Assembly (NCBI GenBank): GCA_965218795.1
Contig: OZ244653.1
Span: forward strand, 576,001-640,000
Length of the DNA: 64,000 nucleotides
From: a bacterium
Lineage (GTDB): Bacteria > UBA8248 > JACPRG01 > G963555815
Direction of reading: 5' to 3'
A program made the position numbers and the translations under genes. The notes below the pieces were generated by a model. That model was not told where the DNA came from and did no database searches. It saw nothing but the letters and a program-made list of their open reading frames with translations. Of this stretch, positions 1 to 8,189 are shown in pieces (the stretch's first letter is position 1; every line of letters starts with the position of its first letter).

Positions 1-908
1 GCGGCGTCGCATTTTCCGCATTTCGTGCAGGCGTCCGCATCCAGCAGGTCCTTCCAGGTCAGCTCTTCCAGTCTTGATGCGCCGAAGGATTCGGCGGTCT
101 CGTCTTCGAAGTCGATGTAGGACAGGGCGGGCTCCGTTTTGGCGTCCAGATCCCGAAATAGAATCGCAATGGGGGCGAAGAGGGCGTGGCTGAGCTTGGA
201 CCATCCCATGTAGGCGATCAGGCCGAAGGAAATGACAACGTGGATCCACCACCAGGCCCGATGCCAGGCGAGGAGGCCGGCCTCGGTGGGGATGGCCCTC
301 TCGAGCCAAAGGGCGATGACATATCCCACGGGAGACCAGACCGCCCAATCGGGATGCTGGCGCAGTTCCGTGGCTCCGATGCGCAGGCCCTCGACGAGAA
401 AGCCGGTGAGGAAGACCAGGATGAGGCCGAAGAGCGCAACGGCGTCGTCCCACGTTTCCGAGAGGTGGGCAGGCCGCAGGACGTAACGTCTGAATCCGAG
501 TAGAATCAGCCCCGCCCCGCCCAGAGCCATGAGGATGTCGCCCAAGGCGGAATACCAGAGGTAGAAGCTCCCTTTCCAAAAGTTGATGTGCAGTCCGAAA
601 TAGTTGAGATCCTTCTCGATGGCGATAATTGTTGTGGCGATCAGCGCCGCCACAAAGCCAATGAAAAGAAGGAAGTGGCCGAGGCCCGGCAGTTTTTCCC
701 GGTAGAATCCCTTATGCGCGAATGCGTAGAGGAAGAGGCCGGCCATTCGCTCGCCCCATCGATCGAGCCGCTTCGCCGCCTTGCCCATCCGCCACAGCTG
801 CACACGCCGAAGAATCCCCCATGCGAAGATTCCGACAGCGAGCAGCGCGATCAAATAAATCCATTCGCCGCCGGGTATATTTCCAAAGACCTCTCGGGAA
901 GCTTCCAT
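1..908 (-). CDS. Membrane-bound Fe-S oxidoreductase (HdrF/FadF-like, putative ETF:quinone oxidoreductase), runs off the window edge
   Basis: Not in the ORF track; manual translation from ATG at 908 (AAAGGA upstream): MEASREVFGNIPGGEWIYLIALLAVG..., several TM helices with His residues (GHFLLF, WWIHVV, KLSHAL), then FGASRLEELTWKDLLDADACTKCGKCD (start of a CxxCxxC 4Fe-4S motif). Confidence 0.85.
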   Translation of the reverse strand, partial: MEASREVFGNIPGGEWIYLIALLAVGIFAWGILRRVQLWRMGKAAKRLDRWGERMAGLFLYAFAHKGFYREKLPGLGHFLLFIGFVAALIATTIIAIEKDLNYFGLHINFWKGSFYLWYSALGDILMALGGAGLILLGFRRYVLRPAHLSETWDDAVALFGLILVFLTGFLVEGLRIGATELRQHPDWAVWSPVGYVIALWLERAIPTEAGLLAWHRAWWWIHVVISFGLIAYMGWSKLSHALFAPIAILFRDLDAKTEPALSYIDFEDETAESFGASRLEELTWKDLLDADACTKCGKCDA

Positions 909-988
909 GTTCGGTCCTTTGCGGATTGCGGCTCACCCAGAAGAAAAAGCCGTCTGAAACCTTCCCGATCATTATCCATCAAAAGCCG

Positions 989-1497
989 CCTCGGCGTGAT
1001 GGAGTTCACACGTCCATAGAGGGGCGGCGGTGCCACTCCGAATATCCCGAAAAAAGGTTGGAGAGAGAGCGTGCCCCCCCCCAGGGCACTTCTGCGGTCA
1101 TGGCTTCCCGGTCCAGCGGAATGTGCAGCCGCCGCAGGAGCGGGAAATCCTCGGGCAAAGTCCCGAACAGGGGCCAAATCAGATTATATCCCCAATCGGC
1201 CTTGAGCTTGCATTCGAGAATTCTCACTTCCAAGGTATCACCCGGATCGGCTCCGTTCACCCAGACCGGACCCGTCATGAAATGCGGTCCGGGTCCGCGC
1301 TCGCACTTCTTGTGAATCTCAAAAGTTTCCGAAGGGATCACGGAACGGTCCGGCGGCATATCCTCGGGTTCCCCGGAGATGCAATGAAAGGTCACCCGGT
1401 CTCCGGAGTCTATTCGGAGGGCGGACGGAAGGTTCGCATCGAAAAATCCCCAATGAACCGTGTCGGGTGACGCGTGAAGCTCATGATGATTCGGCAT
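989..1497 (-). pseudogene. Acetamidase/formamidase family gene, frameshifted and C-terminally truncated
   Basis: Motifs TVHWGFFD, GPHFMTGPVWVNGADPGDTLEVRIL. Homology switches frame at the G9 run (1074-1082) to ..GTLSLQPFFGIFGVAPP..ITPR, then is lost shortly before the next gene. Confidence 0.8.
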
Positions 1498-1690
1498 CGT
1501 TCTCCCTCTCCTTGGGTATGGAATGCAGGCGGTCAATTCAATACACCCGCCGCCGGGGATATTGCCGGGGACCTATCGGTCATTATAAGTCTCTGAAGCG
1601 TCATTGGCGGCGTCCCGATCAGGCGGATTTTTGGCATAATGGGCTGTCGGGTCGGACATGAAGGGGAGTTTTCGGTGAGGAGAGAGCGGA

Positions 1691-2833
1691 TTGGATTTTG
1701 ATCCCAGCGGGTTACAAACGCACATTCAAGAGATGGCCAAGGCTTTCGTCCGGGAATGTGTCCTTCCAGAGGCGGAAGCCTGGGAGAAGAACTGCGAGAT
1801 ACCGGAAAGATTTCTCGAACGCATGGCCCAGCAGGGTTTTTTGGGCCTTGTCGTTCCCCCGGAATACGGGGGCAGCGGGATTGGGCCAGTCGGCCTCGTC
1901 TTGGCGTTGGCGGAGATCTCGGCCGCTTCGCCCACGCTGGGGTTCATCATGTCCATCAACAACCAGTTTTGCGATGCAGTGTACCGCTTTGCTACTGACG
2001 ACCAGAGACAGCGCGTCCTGCCGGATCACGTGGCCGGCGGGCAGATCGGCTCCATCGCCCTGACGGAAGCGGAAGCGGGGTCCAACGCCACGGCCGTTCA
2101 GACCTCGGCGAAGCGGACCGAGGGGGGCTATCTGCTCAACGGCGAAAAGCTCTACGTCTCGAACGGGGGCTACAAGGGAAGGGTCGTGGTATGCACTCGA
2201 ACGTCGGATGACCGGAGAAAGGGCTTGACGTTCTTTCTGGTGGACAAGGAAGCCGAGGGCTCCCGCCGAAAGCTGATGGAACAGACCATCGGCCTGCGGC
2301 CCGCGAACATGACGGTACATACGTTCGAGGACTGTTTTGCGCCCGAGCAGGACCGGCTGGGGGAAGAGGGCTCGGGATTCGATTTCATTCAACTGGCTAT
2401 CGGAAACGGGCGGCTCGGCATTGCGGCCCAGTGCGTGGGGATTTCACGGGCTGCGCTGAATCTGGCCCTGGAGCATGCCAAGAGCCGAAAGCAGTTCGGC
2501 GGACCTCTGGCCAAGCTTCAGGCCGTCCAGTTCTATCTGGCGGACATGGCCACGGCCATCGATGCCGCTGAGCTGATGACGCTTCGGGCCGCGTGGTCGA
2601 AGGAGAACGGCAAGCCTTACGACACGGAGGCGGCCATGGCCAAGCTGTATGCCTCCGAGGCGGCGGGAAAGGTGACGGATACGGCCCTCCAGATCTTGGG
2701 AGGGAAAGGGTATTTCGACGCCTCTCCGGCGGCGCGCCTGTACGCGGATGCCCGGGGCGCCAGAATATTCGAGGGCACGAATGAGGTGATGAAACTGCTG
2801 ATCGCGCGAGGAATTCTGGGCGAATTCAAGTGA
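1691..2833 (+). CDS. Acyl-CoA dehydrogenase
   Basis: ALTEAEAGSN, LNGEKLYVSN, RKQFG, IFEGTNEV motifs; TTG start with GAGGAG upstream. Confidence 0.95.
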   Translation: MDFDPSGLQTHIQEMAKAFVRECVLPEAEAWEKNCEIPERFLERMAQQGFLGLVVPPEYGGSGIGPVGLVLALAEISAASPTLGFIMSINNQFCDAVYRFATDDQRQRVLPDHVAGGQIGSIALTEAEAGSNATAVQTSAKRTEGGYLLNGEKLYVSNGGYKGRVVVCTRTSDDRRKGLTFFLVDKEAEGSRRKLMEQTIGLRPANMTVHTFEDCFAPEQDRLGEEGSGFDFIQLAIGNGRLGIAAQCVGISRAALNLALEHAKSRKQFGGPLAKLQAVQFYLADMATAIDAAELMTLRAAWSKENGKPYDTEAAMAKLYASEAAGKVTDTALQILGGKGYFDASPAARLYADARGARIFEGTNEVMKLLIARGILGEFK

Positions 2834-2858
2834 ATCCAAAGCGAGCTGAGAGGGAGGC

Positions 2859-3176
2859 ATGACGGAATATCGTGTGGTCTTGATCACTTGCGGGGGAGAG
2901 GAGGAGGCCGACCGGATCGCGACTGCGCTGGTCGAAGAACACCTCGCGGCATGCGCAAATATCGTGCCGAAAGTTACATCCGTCTACCGGTGGAAAGGGG
3001 AAATTTGCAGGGATTCGGAAGTTCTCCTGATCGTGAAGGCGTGCGCGAGCACCCTCCGCAAACTGGAGGAACGTGTGAAAGAGATTCACAGCTACGAAGT
3101 CGCTGAGGTCATCGCGCTGCCGATTCTTGCCGGGTCGAAAGAGTACCTGGATTGGATGAAGGACGCATGCAGGTAG
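2859..3176 (+). CDS. cutA: Divalent-cation tolerance protein CutA
   Basis: LAACANI, SVYRWKG, HSYEVAEVI motifs; GGAGG RBS. Confidence 0.93.
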   Translation: MTEYRVVLITCGGEEEADRIATALVEEHLAACANIVPKVTSVYRWKGEICRDSEVLLIVKACASTLRKLEERVKEIHSYEVAEVIALPILAGSKEYLDWMKDACR

Positions 3177-3260
3177 CGGCCGAAATACAGAGACGGTCGA
3201 ACCCGAACACCGGATTCTTGGCTAGCCGCCGTTTATTCCTCTTCGGGCGCGCCGAAAAAA

Positions 3261-3508
3261 TCAGACGAGTTTTGCGACCTCAATATTCTGTTTTGAGCGA
3301 AACGTCTCCGGTGTTCTTGCGATCAGGGCTCCCACATCGTCGATGACACGACCGACGAGATAGGGCATCCCTCAAGCGGAGTACGAGGTTGTGTACTCCC
3401 CTCTCAAGACGACGATATCCAGGTCGTGCCTGCGGCGGCGCGGGCCTGGAAAGCCGCGCTCATGCCCGCAGCATCGTCTCCGATGACGATCCAACGAGCC
3501 TGTGCCAT
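3261..3508 (-). pseudogene. N-terminal relic of a CoA-disulfide reductase/NADH oxidase family flavoprotein with UGA (putative Sec) at the redox Cys
   Basis: Manual translation MAQARWIVIGDDAAGMSAAFQAR/(frameshift)RRRHDLDIVVLRGEYTTSYSA-TGA-GMPYLVGRVIDDVGALIARTPETFRSKQNIEV matches the family pattern IGGxAAGMSAA..SYxxCGLPY..LIARTPE; truncated after about 80 codons. Confidence 0.8.
3326..3371 (-). promoter_or_regulatory. SECIS-like stem-loop directly 3' of the UGA at 3372-3374
   Basis: Stem UCGUCGGU/AUCGACGA, loop CGUGUC starting 21 nt after the UGA, plus lower pairing CCUAU/GUGGG. Confidence 0.55.
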
Positions 3509-3657
3509 GCTTCATCCCTCCAGTGATGGACCACCGGCAGCGCAGGTGTTTCTGCATGACTCCGAATCAGTACCCCGAAATTGACGCGGAGACAGTAGGA
3601 CAAGATAGAGGAGTGAGCCGCGTGTCGTTGCAGCCGTCTTTTCAGCCCGAGCCTTGT

Positions 3658-4239
3658 TCAATTTTCTCGATTGCTTTCAGCCCGCACCTTTGTAATGACG
3701 TTTTTGAAGCTTTGAAGGATTTCCTCTTCGGTTTCGGCCGCCGCGTAAGGGCTGGGGAGCAGGAAGACCCGGCTCTCACCGAACAGGCCCTTCCACGCGT
3801 CGTCCTGCGATTCGATGAGTCCGCCGTCGCCGGGTACTTTTCCTCCAATGATTGCCTCCAAAGCCTTTTTGTAGATGAAGCAGACGATACGAGGGCGACC
3901 CTGTCGAATCTGATGGACGACGAACTGCGAGCCGAGCGAAAGTTCTTCCTCGGTAATCTGGTCAGCGCGAGCCGTGGGCCGCGGGACGAGATCCGTGATG
4001 CCTAGACCGTTGTCCAGCATGGATTGGTCCTCCACCCCGACTTCCGCGTCTTCCATCAAACCGATGGAGCGAAGGCGCCGCCAGAATTTCTTGCCGAGAT
4101 TGCCTTGATGGTAGTGGCCGGACTCAATGCTGGGGGGAGAGGGGTTCAGGCCGACGAAAAGTATTTCGAGATCGGCTTTCCAGATGGGAGCGAGGGTCGT
4201 AATCTCCGAATTTTGCCAAAAAATATCGATGAGCTGCAT
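3658..4239 (-). CDS. mug: Mismatch-specific uracil/thymine DNA glycosylase (Mug/TDG family)
   Basis: ILFVGLNPS, GITDLV, FLLPSP motifs. Confidence 0.85.
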   Translation of the reverse strand: MQLIDIFWQNSEITTLAPIWKADLEILFVGLNPSPPSIESGHYHQGNLGKKFWRRLRSIGLMEDAEVGVEDQSMLDNGLGITDLVPRPTARADQITEEELSLGSQFVVHQIRQGRPRIVCFIYKKALEAIIGGKVPGDGGLIESQDDAWKGLFGESRVFLLPSPYAAAETEEEILQSFKNVITKVRAESNREN

Positions 4240-4245
4240 GCGGAA

Positions 4246-5046
4246 TCAATCCGGTTCTTTTCTGGCGGTCCACAGGGTTTTCATCAGACCATGATAGGGC
4301 AAATCGAAAGGATTGAACCGTTCGGCATTGATATCCCCGAATTTCGCTTCACTGAGCGAGCGGGCCACATCGCTGCCTGCAAACATTTTTTCGACCACGA
4401 CTTCTTGGACACGCTGGTAAGTTTTTCTCTTTCGAATGAAAGCGGTCGATTCCACTCGGCCGACACCTTGCTTCGGCGAATAGGTCAACCGAACGGCCAG
4501 CGAGTAGTCTTTCGTCTCAACGAATTCCGATCGGCCGTTCCAATAGGTTTCAAAGAATTCCTGGTCGTTCAGGTCAAAAATGAAGAAACCTCCCGGCTTC
4601 AAGGTTTTATAGGCGTTCCGGAAAACTTTTTGAAGGTCGGATTTCGTGGCTAAATGATTGAGGCTGTCATAAGTGCACGTGACCAGGTCGGCCTCCTTTG
4701 TCTTGGCCCACTTACGCATGTCCCCCCGGATATAGGTGACCTTCTTTCCGGCTTTGCGGGAATTCATTTCAGCGACGCTGAGCATATTCTGGGAGATGTC
4801 CACGCCAAAAACGGTCCAACCTTTTCCGGCGAACAGATTAGCCAGCCGACCCGTCCCGCAGGCAAGATCCACCATGACGCCGGGCTTGACTCCCTCCCGG
4901 CGAAGAAAGGCGGTTGCCCGAGCGAATACCGCCTTTGCGAAGTCCGCCGCCCATTGCTGATCGTAGATTTCCGCCAACTGCGTATATGGGGTCGATGCCT
5001 TGATGTCCACTGCCTCCGTTGGAAGCCCGCCCAGGCCTCCGGACAC
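4246..5046 (-). CDS. Class I SAM-dependent methyltransferase
   Basis: VDLACGTG, GVDISQNML, DSLNHL, LKPGGFFIFD. Confidence 0.9.
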   Translation of the reverse strand: MSGGLGGLPTEAVDIKASTPYTQLAEIYDQQWAADFAKAVFARATAFLRREGVKPGVMVDLACGTGRLANLFAGKGWTVFGVDISQNMLSVAEMNSRKAGKKVTYIRGDMRKWAKTKEADLVTCTYDSLNHLATKSDLQKVFRNAYKTLKPGGFFIFDLNDQEFFETYWNGRSEFVETKDYSLAVRLTYSPKQGVGRVESTAFIRKRKTYQRVQEVVVEKMFAGSDVARSLSEAKFGDINAERFNPFDLPYHGLMKTLWTARKEPD

Positions 5047-5077
5047 GGTTCGATTCCGACAATTGCCTACATCGTGG

Positions 5078-6067
5078 CTAACTGTCCATCAGCTCTCGGC
5101 ACTTGGCCGTGAAGGCCGGTATCACTTGCTTGTAGTCTCCCACAACGCCAAAATGGGCGCGCTCAAAGATGGGGGCCTCCGGATCGGTATTGATGGCTAC
5201 AATATTCTTGGAAGGACCGGCGCCGACCATGTGTTGGGTCGCTCCTGAGATTCCAACGGCAATGTAAAGTTCCGGGCTGACGATTTTCCCGGTCTGGCCA
5301 ACCTGGTATTGGGGGGGTACCCATCCTGCGTCCACTGCGGCTCGTGAGGCGCCCAAGGCGGCCCCCAGGACGTCCGAAAGCTCTTCGAGATAGCTGAAGT
5401 TTTCCGCTCCGCCCAGTCCCCGGCCGCCGGAAATGACGATATTGGCGTCCTCCAGGCGAACGCCTTCCGTTTTGATGCTGACCTTTTCGAGGAACCGGAC
5501 GGGTAGGGAGGAACCGTCCAATCCCGAGGGGCGGGATTCCACCTGCCCCGTCCTGGATTCGTCCGGCTCGGCTCGCGAGAATGCCTTGGGCCGGATTGAA
5601 ACCACTTGCATCCGGTCTTGCCTGGATGTGGTTTCCGCAACCGCGCTTCCTCCCCAGACCGGACGACTCAGGATCAGCCTTTCTCCATCCCAGCGGGCCT
5701 CGGTGCAGTCGCTCGCGAGGTGCGCCTGCTGTCGATAGGCCACACGGGGCGCGAGGTCGCGGCCTGTGTCGTTGGATGCGCAAAGAAATATTGTGGGCCT
5801 TTCCTCTTCGATGGTCTGATTCACCACCTGTGCATAGGCCCCCCCCTCATAACCGCCCAGAAATGAATCCTCCACCAATATGGCCCGGTCGGCTCCGAGG
5901 TGGATCAGTTTCTCGCCCAGCGCCGAGACGCCCTCCCCCGGCAATAGGGTGGCCACTGTGCCTTCAGATTGATCGGCCAGTTTTCTTGCCGTTCCAATGA
6001 CCTCGGCGGTGACCGGCGCAATTGAACCCTCTATGCTCTCGGCCAAGGCGAGAATGGAAGCGGGCAT
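5078..6067 (-). CDS. etfA: Electron transfer flavoprotein alpha subunit
   Basis: ISGGRG, GASRAAVDAGW, QVGQTGK, YIAVGISGATQH. Confidence 0.96.
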   Translation of the reverse strand: MPASILALAESIEGSIAPVTAEVIGTARKLADQSEGTVATLLPGEGVSALGEKLIHLGADRAILVEDSFLGGYEGGAYAQVVNQTIEEERPTIFLCASNDTGRDLAPRVAYRQQAHLASDCTEARWDGERLILSRPVWGGSAVAETTSRQDRMQVVSIRPKAFSRAEPDESRTGQVESRPSGLDGSSLPVRFLEKVSIKTEGVRLEDANIVISGGRGLGGAENFSYLEELSDVLGAALGASRAAVDAGWVPPQYQVGQTGKIVSPELYIAVGISGATQHMVGAGPSKNIVAINTDPEAPIFERAHFGVVGDYKQVIPAFTAKCRELMDS

Positions 6068-6079
6068 GACACAGTCTCC

Positions 6080-6898
6080 TCAGATCAGTTTACGGTCGCG
6101 GAGCAGAACAGCGAGATTTTCCGCCGCCTCTTCAACGGTGTCTCCATTCACTATCTCACACGCGCCCTCATGTTTCGGAATGTAAAGCAGAAGCAATGCT
6201 TCACGCGATGAAGCCTCCCCGAAACCGTTGGCGGTCAGGGCCAAATCCGAGACCCCCAGGCTGGGCACTTGCTTTCTGGAGGCTTTGAGAATGCCCGGTA
6301 CGGTTGGTAGGCGCGGCTCACCAATTTCGTTGCTGATGGTCAAAACGCAAGGCGTGGACACCGCATATGCAGCGCTCCCATCCTCGAGCACGCGTTCGAC
6401 GCGTACCCCCCCCTCCGACGGTTCGATTTTCTGGACCTGGGTGACGCATGGGATGCCCAGGGTTTCGGCCACGGCGACTCCGGTGGCGCCGGAACTCCAG
6501 TCAGAGGAAACCCTGCCGAACAAGACCAGATCAAACGGTGCTTTTTCCTCGCCGATCTTCCGGATCGCAGCAGCCAGCACCTGTGCTGAACCGAATGCGT
6601 CCGACCCACTGAATTCCTCGTCGTCCAACAGTACGGCCTCGTCGCAGCCCATTGCCAAGGCCTTCTTGATGTTATCCATCGTATCCGGGGCGCCGACGCT
6701 CAGGACGGTGATGCTTCCCCCGTGCGCCTCTTTCAGTTGAACCGCGGCTTCGAGCGCATACTGATCGAAATTACTGATTACAGGAGAAACGTTTGGCGGG
6801 GGAACGACTGACTTCGCGGCTTCATCAACCTTGAAATCACGCGCGGGTATGTCGGGGTCGAGAACCTGCTTTATGCAGACGATGATATTCAAAATCAT
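6080..6898 (-). CDS. etfB: Electron transfer flavoprotein beta subunit
   Basis: IVCIKQV, FDQYALEAA, ALAMGCD, EPRLP; directly upstream of etfA. Confidence 0.95.
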   Translation of the reverse strand: MILNIIVCIKQVLDPDIPARDFKVDEAAKSVVPPPNVSPVISNFDQYALEAAVQLKEAHGGSITVLSVGAPDTMDNIKKALAMGCDEAVLLDDEEFSGSDAFGSAQVLAAAIRKIGEEKAPFDLVLFGRVSSDWSSGATGVAVAETLGIPCVTQVQKIEPSEGGVRVERVLEDGSAAYAVSTPCVLTISNEIGEPRLPTVPGILKASRKQVPSLGVSDLALTANGFGEASSREALLLLYIPKHEGACEIVNGDTVEEAAENLAVLLRDRKLI

Positions 6899-6994
6899 TG
6901 ACTCTCGGTACTTCCTGGGGCGGGGCCTTGAACCCTCTTCATTGCCGGTCGTCTGCTCCGTGTGGGTTTTTGGGGAGCCAAAAAACCGTCAAAA

Positions 6995-7022
6995 ATTATC
7001 AGCCATCCCCTTAGGGTGTCAA
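6995..7022 (-). promoter_or_regulatory. Putative sigma70 promoter for etfBA
   Basis: TTGACA-16 nt-GATAAT on the minus strand, about 100 bp upstream of etfB. Confidence 0.5.
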
Positions 7023-7225
7023 TACATATTTAATATTTCAATCCATCATTCTTGCGATAGCTCTAAGTCCCAGCAGAATATTGTACAGGCATTCAACAAG
7101 AAAGCCGCTTCCGGTTGACACTCCAAGAAACCGTATGCTAATGAAAGCCTTTTGTGAATAAGAAAGTCTTCGCATTTTCGGCGGAAATTCCGCTGCCCAA
7201 TTTTCGGTTTTCCGAGGATTTTTGG

Positions 7226-8005
7226 ATGGAGTTGGAAGGGAAGGTGGCCATCGTTACGGGCGCCGGTCGGGGAATTGGGCGGGCCATCAGTAAAGTCCTG
7301 GCCAGAGAAGGAGCCGCTGTGACTCTCGCCGCCCGGTCGATGGATCGATTGAACGCCACGGCGGGGGAAATACAGGGTGACGGGGGCCGATGCCTTGTGG
7401 TCCATACGGATGTCAGCTCTGAGGGGTCCGTGAACCAAATGTTCAGGGAGACCATCGACGAGTTGGGGACGGTCGATATCCTGGTGAACAACTCCGGGAT
7501 TGCCGGACCCACCGCCTTATGCGAGGAAACGACCGTCGAAGATTGGAATGAAACGTTTGCGGTCAATGTGATTGGGCCGTTTCTTTGCGCGAAAGCGGTT
7601 TTGCCGCTGATGAAGGAAAAGCGGTACGGCCGAATCGTCAACATCTCCTCGATGAGCGGGAAGCGTCCTTTGGTTATGCGGACCCCTTACACCAGTTCCA
7701 AAATGGCCGTTATGGGCTTCACGAGGACCCTCGCTCATGAGGTGGGAGAATATGGGATCACCGTCAATTCGGTGTGTCCGGGAGCGACATCCGGCGAACG
7801 GATCGATAATGTCATTCGGAATCTGGCCGAGAGCCAGGGCAGGACGGAAGAAGATGTCAGATCCGATTTTACGGGTCCTTCCGCGCTGAAGACGCTGGTT
7901 GACCCCGAAGACACGGCAGAGGTGGTTTGTTTCCTCGCCTCCGAGCGCGCGGCACACTTGACGGCTCAGGACATCAATGTAACGGCGGGTTTGGTCTGGT
8001 ATTGA
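7226..8005 (+). CDS. Short-chain dehydrogenase/reductase
   Basis: TGAGRGIG, NNSG, YTSSK; start set at ATG 7226 (GAGG RBS). Confidence 0.93.
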   Translation: MELEGKVAIVTGAGRGIGRAISKVLAREGAAVTLAARSMDRLNATAGEIQGDGGRCLVVHTDVSSEGSVNQMFRETIDELGTVDILVNNSGIAGPTALCEETTVEDWNETFAVNVIGPFLCAKAVLPLMKEKRYGRIVNISSMSGKRPLVMRTPYTSSKMAVMGFTRTLAHEVGEYGITVNSVCPGATSGERIDNVIRNLAESQGRTEEDVRSDFTGPSALKTLVDPEDTAEVVCFLASERAAHLTAQDINVTAGLVWY

Positions 8006-8189
8006 GTTGCGGGCCGGCATTCGGGGGGCCCAGAGCAGGGGACCATGACCCGCAGATTTCTGCGATATACTGTATTCCTCCTCTTTTCTGGAACGGGAAT
8101 GGGCGAGGGGAGGATTCTGCTTGGTTTTTCATTCTATTCATCTCGGCATGCATTGACTGTATGGGTGAGGGATTTTAGGGGGCGGTTGA

